Positions 31,186 through 42,224 are shown, counted from the first letter of the stretch. The stretch is DNA of 64,000 nucleotides from an uncultured Fusobacterium sp. (GCA_900542625.1 UQOH01000001.1:43255-107254); one strand, 5' to 3'. Notes: generated by a model not told the origin, from the letters alone. Numbers and translations are program-made.

Positions 31186-34017
31186 GTGGAAACACTTTTA
31201 ACAGAAAGTATAAAAACAAGTTTAATAAATAAAGAGTTAGAATCATCTTCAGCTTATCAGCACAGGCTTCTTTCAAATAATGAAGAAAAAATAATTTCTG
31301 TTATAAGAAAAGAACTAGAAGAGTGCGATGAGTTTATAATCTCTGTAGCCTTTATAACAGAGGGAGGAGTTGCTCTTATTCTGGAACAGCTTAGAGTATT
31401 GGAAGAGAGAGGAATAAAAGGAAAAATTCTTACAGGAGATTATCTTAACTTTACACAGCCAAAAGTATTAAAAAGACTTTTAAAATATAAAAATATAGAG
31501 CTTAAAATATTATCAAATGAGAAATTCCATGCTAAAGGATATTTTTTCAGAAAAAATAATTTATGGACAATGATAGTGGGGAGCAGCAACCTTACTCAGA
31601 CAGCCCTTACAGTAAATTTTGAATGGAACTTAAAAATAAATTCTTTTAAAGATGGAAAAATAGCAGAAGAAATTTTAAATAATTTTTATAGTGTTTTTAA
31701 CAAACTTCCTGAAACAGATATGGAAGCAATAGAAAATTATGAAAAAATTTATAAACTGGCAAAAGAATATGAAAAAATTCAAAGAAAAAAACAGAAAGTT
31801 TTTGAAGAAAGAGAAATAACTCCAAATATAATGCAGGAACAGGCATTGAAAAATCTGGAAGAATTAAGAAAAAGCACAGACAGAGGACTTTTGATAAGTG
31901 CAACAGGTACGGGAAAAACATATTTAAGTGCTTTTGATGTGAAAAGAGTAAATCCTAAAAAAATGCTTTTTATAGCACACAGAAAAACGATTCTGCAGAA
32001 AGCCAGAGAAACTTTTGAAAGTATAATACGAGATAAGAAAATGGCAGTTTATGGAGAGGATGATATTTCAAATACTGATTATATTTTTGCAATGGTGCAG
32101 ACTTTAAGCAGAGAGATACATCTTAAAAATTTTCCTGAAAACTATTTTGATTATATAATAATAGATGAAGTACATCACGGAGGAGCAAAAACATATCAGA
32201 CAGTTATAAATTATTTTAAGCCGAAGTTTCTTCTTGGAATGACAGCAACTCCGGAAAGAACAGATGATTTTGATATTTATGGATTGTTTAATCATAATAT
32301 TGCATATGAAATAAGGCTGTATGACGCATTGAGAGAAAATCTTCTTTGTCCTTTCCATTATTTTGGAATATCAGATATTGTAATTGACGGAGAAAGTATA
32401 GATGAAAAAACTTCTATAAAGAAACTTGTGATAGACCAAAGAGTAGATCATATAATCGAGAAAAGCAGATACTATGGTTACAGCGGCGATAAACTTCATG
32501 GGCTTATATTTGTTTCAAGAAAAGAAGAGGCTGAAATTTTATGTGAAAAATTTAATGAAAGAGGAATAAAAACAGCAGCTCTTTTGGGAGATGATACAGA
32601 CAATACAAGAGAAAAAGTAATAGAAGCTCTTGAAAAGGGAGAGCTTGAATATATAATTACAGTGGATATTTTTAATGAGGGTGTTGATATTCCATGTGTA
32701 AATCAGGTTATTCTTTTAAGACCAACAGAATCATCTATTGTGTATATTCAGCAGCTTGGAAGAGGGCTGAGAAAAAATAGTGGAAAAGAATTTGTAGTTG
32801 TATTAGATTTTATAGGAAACTATGAGAAAAACTTTTTAATTCCAACGGCAATTTCACAAAACAGCAGTTATGATAAAGATTTTATGAAAAGATTTATTAT
32901 GAATGGAACAAATATGATTCCGGGAGAAAGTTCTGTTATATTTGAGGAAATAGTAAAAGAAAGAATTTTTGAAAATATAGGGAAAACTAATTTCTCTACT
33001 AAAAAGAATATTGAGCATGATTTCAAACTTCTTGAAAAACAGTTAGGAAGAATCCCAATGCTTTATGATTTCTTTATAAGGGATATGATAGAGCCAAGTG
33101 TGATACTTAAATTCAGAAAGAATTATGATGAAGTTTTAAGAATATTAAAACCTAAAGAAAATTTTGAAACTCTTTCAAAATTGGAAAATAATTTTTTAAC
33201 ATTTCTTTCAAGTTTCTTTACTCCTGCAAAAAGAGTACATGAAATGATAATTTTAAAAGAGTGTATAAAAAAAGAGAGAGTTTCTTTTGAAGAAATAGAA
33301 AATATTTTGGAAAGGGATTACAAACTTAAAAATCAGAAAGAGGCAGTTAAAAATGGATTTAAACACTTAGCTAAAGAGATTTTTACCAGTCTTTCAACAA
33401 TGAAAGAGTTTGAGCCTGTTCTAATAAAAGAGGGAAAAGAATATAGACTTCATGACTTATTCAGAAAAGGTTATGAAAACAATAATCATTTTAAAAATCT
33501 TATTGATGATTTGATAAACTACAATTTTGCATACACAGAAAAAAATTATAAGCAGACAGGAGAGGAAACAATCTTAAAATATAAGGAGTATACAAAACAG
33601 GAAGGTTTCTGGCATTTGAATTTAGACTTTAATAACGGATATCAAGTGAGCGGATATACTGTTTTTGAGGAACTGAAAAAAGTAATGCTTTTTATAACTC
33701 TTGAGGACAGAGGTCCCTTTTCAAACTATCATAATAACTTTATAGACAGGCAGAGGTTTCCATGGTTTTCAAAAAGCAAAAGATGCCTTTCAAGAAACGG
33801 AGTTCTTACAATAGAGGGAAAAATTGCAGAAAATTATTATACTCTTGAGGCTTTTGCCAAAAAGAAAACAGGAGAAAATTTTTATTATCTGGGGCAGGTG
33901 GAAAAAGTAATCAGCGCCAAAGAGATAACAGGAAACAGAGGAGATGCTCTTGTTGAATATGAATTGAAATTAAAGTGTGAAGTTGAAAAAGAATTGCTTG
34001 ATTATCTGGAAAGCTGA
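31186..34017 (+). CDS. PLD-like nuclease / SF2 (DEAD/DEAH-box, ResIII-type) helicase / uncharacterised C-terminal domain fusion protein
   Basis: 943 aa, GTG start with RBS AGGAGGA. Single HKD motif (FHAKGYFF…IVGSSNLT). Helicase motifs I (SATGTGKT), II (IIDEVHH), III (TATP) and VI (QQLGRGLR). Then ~380 aa with no recognised motif; by architecture this may be a DUF3427-like domain. Confidence 0.8.
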   Translation: METLLTESIKTSLINKELESSSAYQHRLLSNNEEKIISVIRKELEECDEFIISVAFITEGGVALILEQLRVLEERGIKGKILTGDYLNFTQPKVLKRLLKYKNIELKILSNEKFHAKGYFFRKNNLWTMIVGSSNLTQTALTVNFEWNLKINSFKDGKIAEEILNNFYSVFNKLPETDMEAIENYEKIYKLAKEYEKIQRKKQKVFEEREITPNIMQEQALKNLEELRKSTDRGLLISATGTGKTYLSAFDVKRVNPKKMLFIAHRKTILQKARETFESIIRDKKMAVYGEDDISNTDYIFAMVQTLSREIHLKNFPENYFDYIIIDEVHHGGAKTYQTVINYFKPKFLLGMTATPERTDDFDIYGLFNHNIAYEIRLYDALRENLLCPFHYFGISDIVIDGESIDEKTSIKKLVIDQRVDHIIEKSRYYGYSGDKLHGLIFVSRKEEAEILCEKFNERGIKTAALLGDDTDNTREKVIEALEKGELEYIITVDIFNEGVDIPCVNQVILLRPTESSIVYIQQLGRGLRKNSGKEFVVVLDFIGNYEKNFLIPTAISQNSSYDKDFMKRFIMNGTNMIPGESSVIFEEIVKERIFENIGKTNFSTKKNIEHDFKLLEKQLGRIPMLYDFFIRDMIEPSVILKFRKNYDEVLRILKPKENFETLSKLENNFLTFLSSFFTPAKRVHEMIILKECIKKERVSFEEIENILERDYKLKNQKEAVKNGFKHLAKEIFTSLSTMKEFEPVLIKEGKEYRLHDLFRKGYENNNHFKNLIDDLINYNFAYTEKNYKQTGEETILKYKEYTKQEGFWHLNLDFNNGYQVSGYTVFEELKKVMLFITLEDRGPFSNYHNNFIDRQRFPWFSKSKRCLSRNGVLTIEGKIAENYYTLEAFAKKKTGENFYYLGQVEKVISAKEITGNRGDALVEYELKLKCEVEKELLDYLES

Positions 34018-34139
34018 AAATAAAATAACTCTTGAATGAACTTCTACAAGTATGGTAAAATAAGGTATGATTGTAAAAAAATAATACTTTTATAATAAGA
34101 ATGGTACATTTAAATTTATATGAGGGAGTGATGCACAAA

Positions 34140-35471
34140 ATGACAAATTTTGAAAAGGAATATCAAAGTAAATTAGTTTCTGCTGAGCAGGCAGCAGCAA
34201 TAGTTAAATCAGGAGATTTTGTTGATTATGGTTGGTGCGTGGCAACAACAGACGCATTTGATGCTGCATTAGCTAAAAGAATGCCTGAACTTACAGATGT
34301 AAAATTAAGAGGAGGAATTCTTTTAAAAGAACCTGAAGTATTTAAAATTGATAATCCAGGTGCACATTTTACATGGAACTCTTGGCATATGACAGGAATA
34401 GAAAGAAAAGCTGCAAGCAAAGGATTTGCTTTCTATGGTCCAATAAGATATTCAGAGCTTCCAAGATACTATAGAGATGGTGGAGCAAAAGTTGATATAG
34501 CTGTATTCCAAGCTACTCCAATGGACGAAAAAGGATTCTTTAACTTCAGTATAAGCCCTTCTCACATGATGGCTGTTTGCGAAATGGCAAAAACTGTAAT
34601 AGTTGAAGTTAATAAAAATATGCCGGTATGTCAAGGTGGAATGGAACATTGTATTCATATTTCTAAAGTAGATATGGTTATAGAAGGAAACAACCCTCCA
34701 TTAGGAATTTTACCAGCACCAACTCCGTCAGAAGTTGACATGAAAGTTGCGGAATTAATAGTTGAGGAATTATCAGACGGATGCTGTATCCAATTAGGAA
34801 TAGGAGCTATGCCTACTGCTGTTGGTTCTCTTATAGCTAAATCAAACTTAAAAGATCTAAGCGTTCACTCAGAAATGTATGTTGACTCTTTCGTTGAAAT
34901 GGCTAAAGCAGGAAAAGTTACAGGTTCTAAAAAGAATATAGACAGATTCAGACAAACATTTACATTCGCTGCAGGTGGAGCAGAAATGTATGAATATTTA
35001 AATAATAACCCAGAAGTTATGGCAGCACCAGTTGATTATGTAAACGATGTAAGAGTTATCTCTTCTATCGATAAATTTATATCAATCAACAACGCAGTTG
35101 ACATTGACCTGTTTGGACAAGTTAATGCTGAAAGTGCAGGATACAAACACATAAGTGGTGCAGGAGGACAGCTTGACTTCGTTCTTGGTGCTTATTTATC
35201 AAAAGGCGGAAAAACTTTCATCTGCTTATCATCAACTTACAAAACAAAAGACGGACAATTAAAATCAAGAATTAGACCTATGCTTGAAACAGGTTCTATC
35301 GTAACAGACACAAGAGCAAACGTTCAATATGTTGTTACTGAATATGGAAAAGTAAACTTAAAAGGTAAAACAGGTTGGGAAAGAGCAGAAGCTTTAATCA
35401 GCATAGCTCATCCTCAATTCAGAGAAGAACTTATTGAAGAAGCTAAAAAATTAGGAATTTGGAAAAAATAA
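34140..35471 (+). CDS. acetyl-CoA hydrolase/transferase family protein (butyryl-CoA:acetate or 4-hydroxybutyrate CoA-transferase-like)
   Basis: The ORF track starts at 34101. The ATG at 34140 has better RBS spacing. ~443 aa with the family-typical N-terminus (…[15 protein letters not shown]…) and a conserved C-terminal core. Confidence 0.8.
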   Translation: MTNFEKEYQSKLVSAEQAAAIVKSGDFVDYGWCVATTDAFDAALAKRMPELTDVKLRGGILLKEPEVFKIDNPGAHFTWNSWHMTGIERKAASKGFAFYGPIRYSELPRYYRDGGAKVDIAVFQATPMDEKGFFNFSISPSHMMAVCEMAKTVIVEVNKNMPVCQGGMEHCIHISKVDMVIEGNNPPLGILPAPTPSEVDMKVAELIVEELSDGCCIQLGIGAMPTAVGSLIAKSNLKDLSVHSEMYVDSFVEMAKAGKVTGSKKNIDRFRQTFTFAAGGAEMYEYLNNNPEVMAAPVDYVNDVRVISSIDKFISINNAVDIDLFGQVNAESAGYKHISGAGGQLDFVLGAYLSKGGKTFICLSSTYKTKDGQLKSRIRPMLETGSIVTDTRANVQYVVTEYGKVNLKGKTGWERAEALISIAHPQFREELIEEAKKLGIWKK

Positions 35472-35487
35472 TATAATTTAAATTATT

Positions 35488-35522
35488 AAGAGCTGCTTAT
35501 TTTAACAGGCAGCTCTTTTTAT
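35488..35522. terminator. terminator hairpin between convergent genes
   Basis: aagagctgc…gcagctctt followed by a T-run on the plus strand. Confidence 0.55.
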
Positions 35523-35534
35523 ATTGAATAAATA

Positions 35535-36092
35535 TTATTTATTTTTATTTGATAAATCTAAGTATTTTTCATTTTTAAATTTATTGATTTTAGTAAAAAA
35601 ATCTAAAATATTTTTAAGTTCATCATCGGTAAAATTTTCTAAAAGGAACATATCAAATTCATTTCTCTCTTTAATGAGATGCTTATAGATATCTATATAT
35701 ATATTTGAGCCTGTTTTGGAAAGAGAAAGGTAAATCTCTTTTTTATTTGACGCTGTTTGAGAAGTGTTTACATATCCCTCTTCTATAAGTTTTTTTACAA
35801 CCTTGCTTGTATAACCTTTGCTTGATTTTGTTATTTTTGAAAGAAAAGTAACGTTCAAAGTATCTTTTAGGCCAATATAATATAGGAAAGAATATTCTGT
35901 AGGAGAAAGTTTGTAAGGAAGAGTTATATTGGCAAACTCATTACATTTTTCATTGATATAAATAAGTTCTTTTATGGAAAGATAAATTTCTGGAATATAA
36001 ATATTTTTTGGATCTCTTAAAAGAAAATCTTTATAAAATTCTTTACTGTTTTCAACTAAATTAAAAAATTTTTTTACAACTTTATTTGACAT
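35535..36092 (-). CDS. MarR-like winged-helix transcriptional regulator
   Basis: 185 aa. The central region resembles a MarR wHTH (LSPTEYSFLYYIG…VTFLSKITKSSKGYTSKVVKKLIEEGYV…). Confidence 0.5.
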   Translation of the reverse strand: MSNKVVKKFFNLVENSKEFYKDFLLRDPKNIYIPEIYLSIKELIYINEKCNEFANITLPYKLSPTEYSFLYYIGLKDTLNVTFLSKITKSSKGYTSKVVKKLIEEGYVNTSQTASNKKEIYLSLSKTGSNIYIDIYKHLIKERNEFDMFLLENFTDDELKNILDFFTKINKFKNEKYLDLSNKNK

Positions 36093-36265
36093 ATTAAAAC
36101 CTGCCTTTCCAAAAAAGATAGTTTTCTTGGAAACATTATACTAAAAAGCGAATACTTATTCAAGAAAAAATAAGCAGAAAAAATGTGTGCACGGAAACAG
36201 TAATGTTTCTTATGAAACAAAAAATAAAGAGTACTAATAAGGAAAGTGCATTCAAAATCAGTATA

Positions 36266-36294
36266 TTGACAGTACACGGAGAGCAAAGTATACT
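36266..36294 (+). promoter_or_regulatory. sigma70-like promoter upstream of PTS gene (TTGACA-17-TATACT)
   Basis: Consensus-like hexamers with a 17-nt spacer, ~45 nt upstream of the ATG. Confidence 0.4.
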
Positions 36295-36339
36295 CTAGGC
36301 AGATTCAAGAAAAAACATATTTTAGACAGGAGGATTTTT

Positions 36340-37953
36340 ATGAAAAGTGGATTTTCTTTATTACAAAGAGTAGGAAGAGCATTCATGCTTCCAATAGCCG
36401 TTCTCCCGATGGCAGGTATTCTTCTTGGTGTTGGAGGAGCATTTACAAGCAGTGCCATAATTGATACATATCATTTGACATTTTTAGCTCCAGGAACGGT
36501 AATGAACAGTATATTGGTATTATTATTGAATGCAGGTTTATTTATTTTTGCTAATTTGTCAGTAATTTTTGCAGTAGGTGTTGCAATAGGGCTTGCTAAC
36601 AAAAATAAAGAAACAGCAGCTCTTTCGGCTTTGCTTGGCTTTCTTTTGTTTCACACAGTAATTGGAACAATATTAGGATTCATGGGACAGACAGCAGATA
36701 CAACAACTGTACAGGCTCTTATGGAAAATGGAATGAGTTATGAAGCAGCAGTAGGAAAAGCAGCATTATACACTAAAGAATTGGGAATATTTACTTTACA
36801 GACAGGAGTTCTTGGAGGAATAATCTGTGGATGTCTTTCAGCTTTTATTACAAATAAATTCTCAGAAAAAACACTTCCAGATTATCTGGCGTTTTTCAGT
36901 GGAAACAGACTTGTTCCTGTATTAACAATGTTGTTTTTCATACCTCTTGGAGCAGTAGTTCCATTCATATGGCCTGCAGTTTTTGGTGGAGTTGTAAAAG
37001 CTGGTGAAACATTTACAGCTATGGGGCCCGTTGGAACATTTCTTTATGGATTAACAGGAAGACTTTTAAATGTATTTGGACTTCATCATGCTGTTTATCC
37101 ATTGTTCTGGTATACAGAACTGGGAGGAACAATGGAGGTTGCAGGAAAGATTGTAGCCGGAGGACAGAAAATATTCTTTGCTCAGCTTGCAGATCCAACA
37201 ACAATTCATTATTCAGCAGATGCAACAAGAACTATGACAGGTGGATTTCTTCCGATGATGTTTGGATTACCGGCAGCAGCTCTTGCAATGTATAAATGTG
37301 CAGACGCAGATAACAAAGCTAAAGTAAAAGGGATACTTGTTTCAGCAGCTCTTACATCATTTTTAACAGGTATTACTGAGCCTATTGAATTTACATTCCT
37401 GTTTGTTGCTCCTCCTTTATATGCAATTCATGCTCTTTTAGAAGGTATAGCTTACGGACTTATGCATTTTTTAAATGTTGCAGTGGGAATTACATTTTCA
37501 AGAGGAATAATAGATTTTACTTTCTTTGGTCTTTTACAGGGAATGGCAAAAACTTCGTATCAATGGATTTTAATAATAGGTCCTTTCTATTCAATTCTGT
37601 ATTATTTCATATTTAAATTTATGATAGAGAAATTTAATTATATGACTCCAGGAAGAAAGGATGCAGAAGCTAAACTTTATACAAGAAGCGATTATAATGC
37701 AAAAAATAATGATGAAGATTTTATAGATGATATTGTAAATGCTCTTGGAGGAATAAAAAATATAGAGGGAATAGATGCTTGTATAACAAGACTTAGAGTA
37801 ACAGTGAAAGATGAGAAATTAGTGGCAGATGACGAAAAATGGAAAGAACTTAAAGCTCGTGGAGTGATAAGAGCAGGAAAAGGTGTTCAGATAATTTATG
37901 GAACACAAGCAGAGATATACAAAAATAAAATTATAAAAAAATATAACTTATAA
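36340..37953 (+). CDS. PTS glucose/GlcNAc-family EIICB component
   Basis: 537 aa. N-terminal EIIC (LLQRVGRAFMLPIAVLPMAGILLG…) and C-terminal EIIB with the phospho-Cys motif ACITRLR. Confidence 0.85.
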   Translation: MKSGFSLLQRVGRAFMLPIAVLPMAGILLGVGGAFTSSAIIDTYHLTFLAPGTVMNSILVLLLNAGLFIFANLSVIFAVGVAIGLANKNKETAALSALLGFLLFHTVIGTILGFMGQTADTTTVQALMENGMSYEAAVGKAALYTKELGIFTLQTGVLGGIICGCLSAFITNKFSEKTLPDYLAFFSGNRLVPVLTMLFFIPLGAVVPFIWPAVFGGVVKAGETFTAMGPVGTFLYGLTGRLLNVFGLHHAVYPLFWYTELGGTMEVAGKIVAGGQKIFFAQLADPTTIHYSADATRTMTGGFLPMMFGLPAAALAMYKCADADNKAKVKGILVSAALTSFLTGITEPIEFTFLFVAPPLYAIHALLEGIAYGLMHFLNVAVGITFSRGIIDFTFFGLLQGMAKTSYQWILIIGPFYSILYYFIFKFMIEKFNYMTPGRKDAEAKLYTRSDYNAKNNDEDFIDDIVNALGGIKNIEGIDACITRLRVTVKDEKLVADDEKWKELKARGVIRAGKGVQIIYGTQAEIYKNKIIKKYNL

Positions 37954-37965
37954 AGGAGGATAGTC

Positions 37966-38829
37966 GTGAAAAAAATACTTTTAATGTTTATTTTGATTTC
38001 AACTATTGTTTTAGGACGAGGAAGAGTTGAAGAGAAGACAATGTATTCTAATACTTTAGGCAGAGAGATAAAATATAAAGTATACCTTCCAAAAGAGTAT
38101 GATAACGGTAAAGATTTTCAGGTATTTTTTCTTCTTCATGGATTATATGGAAGTGAACAGGACTGGACAGACCCACAGCAGGGGAGTGCAGCAGTTATAT
38201 TCGATGAATTGATTTATGAAACACAGGCAGTAAAACCTATGGTTGTAATTATGCCTGACGGAGGAAATACTTGGTACATAGACAGTAATGAAAAAATTCA
38301 GACTGCTTATGAAAAAGATTTATTTCCATATGTTTTTCAAAATTATAAGATATCTAATGATAGAAAGAATGTTATTATTGGTGGACTTTCAATGGGAGGA
38401 AGCGGGTCTTTAAACTTCTTTTTAAGAAATCCTGAAAAATTTGGAAAAGTTATTTTACTGAGTCCTGCTGTTTATGATAAATTAACAGAAGAATTTTTAA
38501 GTGTTTCTCCAGTAACTCAGAAAGATATAAAAAAATCGTATTGGACTAACAATCTTGATAATTACAAAAAGAAAAGTGTAGCAGATTTAAAAACAGAAAT
38601 GTATATTGTGATTGGTGATGATGACAGTTTAGTAAACTCAGTAGGAAAAGAAGACTTTCAAGAGAGAACAGTAGCTATATACAGAGAAATGAAAAATACA
38701 GGAAATAATGTTGAACTTAGAATTGTTAATGGAGGTCATATTTGGAAAGTATGGAGAGATGGTTTGAGAGAGGGACTTATTATGGTAAATAAAGGTCCTG
38801 ATAATAAAAATGGTTTTTCAGCAGTTTAA
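37966..38829 (+). CDS. secreted alpha/beta-hydrolase esterase (esterase D / enterochelin-esterase-like)
   Basis: 287 aa, GTG start, signal peptide, GLSMGG nucleophile elbow and a C-terminal His. Confidence 0.75.
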   Translation: MKKILLMFILISTIVLGRGRVEEKTMYSNTLGREIKYKVYLPKEYDNGKDFQVFFLLHGLYGSEQDWTDPQQGSAAVIFDELIYETQAVKPMVVIMPDGGNTWYIDSNEKIQTAYEKDLFPYVFQNYKISNDRKNVIIGGLSMGGSGSLNFFLRNPEKFGKVILLSPAVYDKLTEEFLSVSPVTQKDIKKSYWTNNLDNYKKKSVADLKTEMYIVIGDDDSLVNSVGKEDFQERTVAIYREMKNTGNNVELRIVNGGHIWKVWRDGLREGLIMVNKGPDNKNGFSAV

Positions 38830-38847
38830 TAGTTAATATTTGAAATA

Positions 38848-38890
38848 AAGGATTGATGTATTTATTTTACAGCAATCCTTTGCTTTTTAT
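38848..38890 (+). terminator. rho-independent terminator after esterase
   Basis: aaaggattg…caatccttt followed by gcttttt. Confidence 0.6.
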
Positions 38891-39033
38891 AAAGAATAAA
38901 TTTTTATAATAGAACAATAAATATTTCACAAACAGCATTAAATATTATAAAATATTTAAAAGCTATATTAGAAATGAAAGACAAATTAAAAGATTTAGAA
39001 ATTTAAAAATTATTAATTTACAGGAGGTCAATT

Positions 39034-39351
39034 ATGCCGTATATAAAAGTATCAGGTGTAGAAAAAGAAGAACTTTGCAGAATGAGTAAAGATTTAATTG
39101 ATATTGTAGAAAAAGATATAGGAGTACCTAGAGAAAGAATAAGATTATTTTATTCTCCGGATATAGAAATAAGAGACGGAAAAGAGGAAGAGGGAAAAGT
39201 TATAGTAAATGTTGACTGGATGCCGAGACCTCAGGAACTTTGTGATAAAATGGCAGAGCTTTACAGAGAATATTTCTTCAAAGCAGAATATAAAAGTCTT
39301 AAAATGTATTTCACAGAATTCGTAAAAGAAAAGTATTATTTATATGAATAA
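39034..39351 (+). CDS. small conserved hypothetical protein (possibly DUF1904-like)
   Basis: 105 aa with a strong RBS AGGAGG. No recognisable catalytic motif. Family assignment is tentative. Confidence 0.55.
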   Translation: MPYIKVSGVEKEELCRMSKDLIDIVEKDIGVPRERIRLFYSPDIEIRDGKEEEGKVIVNVDWMPRPQELCDKMAELYREYFFKAEYKSLKMYFTEFVKEKYYLYE

Positions 39352-39356
39352 AAAAT

Positions 39357-39394
39357 AAACTGCTGCATATTTGAGTGCAGCAGTTTGCTTTTAT
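39357..39394. terminator. bidirectional terminator (hypothetical / trkH convergent)
   Basis: aaactgctgca…tgcagcagttt followed by a T-run. Overlaps the trkH stop. Confidence 0.65.
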
Positions 39395-40842
39395 TTCATT
39401 TTTTTATAAATTCTCGGTGAAAACAGAATAAGCACAGGGAAAATTTCAAGTCTTCCTAAAAGCATGCTGAAAGAAAGAACAATTTTGTTTAATGGTGTAA
39501 GTGAGGCATAATTTGATGTAGGTCCAAAAATATTAAGTCCCGGACCAATATTGTTAAATGTGGCAGCCACAGCACTGAAAGCGGAATCAAGATCTGGCAC
39601 AGAGAATGAAATTATTAAAAGTATAACAACAAAAACACCTATATAAACAATCAGATAGCTTGAAATACTTTCCATCAAATCCTTTGTAACAGGTTTTCCT
39701 TCCATTTTTAAACTTACAATCCTGTTTATATTTCCCAGCTTTTTAAATTCCCTTATAGAGGCTTTTATAAAAATAACAACTCTTGATACTTTTAAACCTC
39801 CGGCAGTAGAACCTGCACATCCTCCCATAAACATCAGAAACAGCAGAATAATTTTTGAAAACAGCGGCCATTTATCAAAGTCTGCTGTTGAATATCCTGT
39901 TGTAGATACAATAGAGGATACTGTAAAGAAAACATCTCTTATCATTCTGCTGATACTGTTATATGAAGGATAAATATTAATGCATATAAGAGTTATAGAA
40001 ATAAAAACTATTCCTAAAAACCATCTCATCTCTTCACTTTTGAAAAACTGTTTTATATTTCCTATAATTAAAATATAGAAAAGGTTAAAGTTCAAGCTGA
40101 ATAAAAGCATTCCTATTCCGATAGTATAATCTATAGCAGCATTGTTATAGAAAGCAACACTAGTGTTTTTTATACCAAAGCCTCCCGTTCCCGCTGTTCC
40201 GAAAGCATGAAGAAGAGAATCAAAAAACGGCATTCCTTCAATCATAAGAATAACAGTAAGCAGAGCGGTCATAGCAAGATAGATAATATACAATATTCTT
40301 GAATTATAGCTCATTTTTGCAACAAGTTTTCCAAAAGTTGGTCCCGGAACCTCAGCCTTCATAAGATGAAGAGCCTGATTGCTGTTTTTTGGAAGAATAG
40401 CCAGAGCCAGAACCAGAACTCCCATTCCTCCCACAAGGTGGGTAAAACTTCTCCAGAAAAGAAGAGAATCTGGAAGAGCTTCTACATTAGTAAGAATACT
40501 CGCTCCTGTAGTAGTAAATCCGCTTACAGTTTCAAAAAAAGCATCAATTATTGATGGGATATATCCTGAAATAACAAAAGGCAGAGCCCCGAAAAAAGAA
40601 AGAAATATCCATGAAAGAGAGACAATAATAAGTCCTTCTTTAGCATATATTTTTTGATTAACAGGAAGTTTTCTTGAAAGAAAAAATCCTATAACTAAAA
40701 GCGTAACAATTACTGAAAAATAAGATTTATGCATTAAAGCACTTTCGTGAAAATAAAAACTTATGAAAAGCGGCAGAACCAAAAAGCATGCCTCTAATTT
40801 TAAGATATAACCTGTAACATATCTTATCATTTTTGTATTCAT
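39391..40842 (-). CDS. trkH: TrkH/KtrB-family K+ uptake membrane protein
   Basis: 483 aa with multiple M1PM2 repeats and glycine selectivity-filter-like motifs (TGYST, TTGAS). Confidence 0.85.
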   Translation of the reverse strand: MNTKMIRYVTGYILKLEACFLVLPLFISFYFHESALMHKSYFSVIVTLLVIGFFLSRKLPVNQKIYAKEGLIIVSLSWIFLSFFGALPFVISGYIPSIIDAFFETVSGFTTTGASILTNVEALPDSLLFWRSFTHLVGGMGVLVLALAILPKNSNQALHLMKAEVPGPTFGKLVAKMSYNSRILYIIYLAMTALLTVILMIEGMPFFDSLLHAFGTAGTGGFGIKNTSVAFYNNAAIDYTIGIGMLLFSLNFNLFYILIIGNIKQFFKSEEMRWFLGIVFISITLICINIYPSYNSISRMIRDVFFTVSSIVSTTGYSTADFDKWPLFSKIILLFLMFMGGCAGSTAGGLKVSRVVIFIKASIREFKKLGNINRIVSLKMEGKPVTKDLMESISSYLIVYIGVFVVILLIISFSVPDLDSAFSAVAATFNNIGPGLNIFGPTSNYASLTPLNKIVLSFSMLLGRLEIFPVLILFSPRIYKKMK

Positions 40843-42224
40843 ATATTTTCTCCGTTAAAAAAGTCAAAATTTATAATTTTATCTATATCATCAAGATATT
40901 GCTGTGCAGTGATTATAATTACTTTATCATTAGCCTGAATAGTATCGGCTCCTCCTGGAATTATAAGCTCATTTTTTCTTACAATATATGGAATAATAGT
41001 ATTTTTCTTAATATGAAGATCTTTTAATGGTATGCCTATAACCTGACTGAATTCCTTTACTAAAAACTCTATTGCCTCAACTCTGTTGTCTGCAAGTCTG
41101 TAAAGGTTTTGAATATTATTTTCTCCCTGAGAACTTACACGAGATCTTACAATTTTAATAATATAGTCAGCTATAATTTTTTTAGGAGTAAGAATAGATT
41201 GTAAACCAACAAAACCAAGTACATTTAAAAGAGATGTACTGTTGATTTTTGTAATAGTTTTCTTAATTCCTATTTTATCAGCAAACATTGAAATTATAAT
41301 ATTCTCTTCATCTATACCTGTAAGAGAGATACAGGCATCATAATGTTTGAAATCTTCCTCTTCCAGAAGTTCCATATCCATACCATTTCCGTTTATAATT
41401 TCTGCTTGTTCATATATTTCACTCAACTCTCTTGCTTTTTCTTCCTGAGTTTCAACTATTTTCAGTTTCATTTTTTTCTTCAGAAGCTTATCTATAAGAT
41501 AGTGTGTGATACGTCCTCCTCCAATAATAAATGCAGATTTAATACGTTCATCACATTGCCCCAAAGATTTGTAAAACTCTCCAAGGTCTGTATGCTTACC
41601 TGTTACATATATTCTATCGCCGCTTTTAAGAATAAATTTTCCTGTTGGAACAAAAACTTCCTGTCCTCTCTGAACTATACATACCAAAAGATTTTTAAAA
41701 TATTTCTGCTTAAATTCAATAAGTGTCAGCTCATTAAGAAAAGAGTCGTTTTCTATTGATATTTCAACAAGGTTTACCTTATTTTCAGCAAATGATTCTA
41801 CATTTAAAGCATTTGGGTATTCAAGATTTTTACAGATAAATTCTGCTGCCTCTGCTTCAGGGTTAAGCATAACATCTATTCCAAGAGATTCTCTCATAAA
41901 TTCTATCTGCTCGGAATATTCAGGGTTTCTTACTCTGGCGATTGTATATTTTGCTCCCATTTTTTTCGCCATAACAGAAGAAATCAGGTTTATTTCATCG
42001 TTTGTAGTTACAGCTATAAATATATCAGCTTCGTGAGCTCCTGCATCTCTAAGGACTTCACGGTTTGCTCCATTTCCAACGATTCCCATAATATCAGAAA
42101 TTGAAAGAACTTTATCAAGAATTTTTGCATCTTGCTCTATAAGGGTAATATCACTTCCTTCAGTAGAAAGATCTCTGCATAGAAGTTCACCGATTTTACC
42201 AGCTCCCACAATTATAATCTTCAT
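40839..42224 (-). CDS. trkA: Trk system K+ uptake NAD-binding protein TrkA
   Basis: 461 aa with two Rossmann (GAGKIG… / GGGRITHYL…) and RCK_C/TrkA-C tandem halves. Its stop overlaps the trkH start. Confidence 0.9.
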   Translation of the reverse strand: MKIIIVGAGKIGELLCRDLSTEGSDITLIEQDAKILDKVLSISDIMGIVGNGANREVLRDAGAHEADIFIAVTTNDEINLISSVMAKKMGAKYTIARVRNPEYSEQIEFMRESLGIDVMLNPEAEAAEFICKNLEYPNALNVESFAENKVNLVEISIENDSFLNELTLIEFKQKYFKNLLVCIVQRGQEVFVPTGKFILKSGDRIYVTGKHTDLGEFYKSLGQCDERIKSAFIIGGGRITHYLIDKLLKKKMKLKIVETQEEKARELSEIYEQAEIINGNGMDMELLEEEDFKHYDACISLTGIDEENIIISMFADKIGIKKTITKINSTSLLNVLGFVGLQSILTPKKIIADYIIKIVRSRVSSQGENNIQNLYRLADNRVEAIEFLVKEFSQVIGIPLKDLHIKKNTIIPYIVRKNELIIPGGADTIQANDKVIIITAQQYLDDIDKIINFDFFNGENI

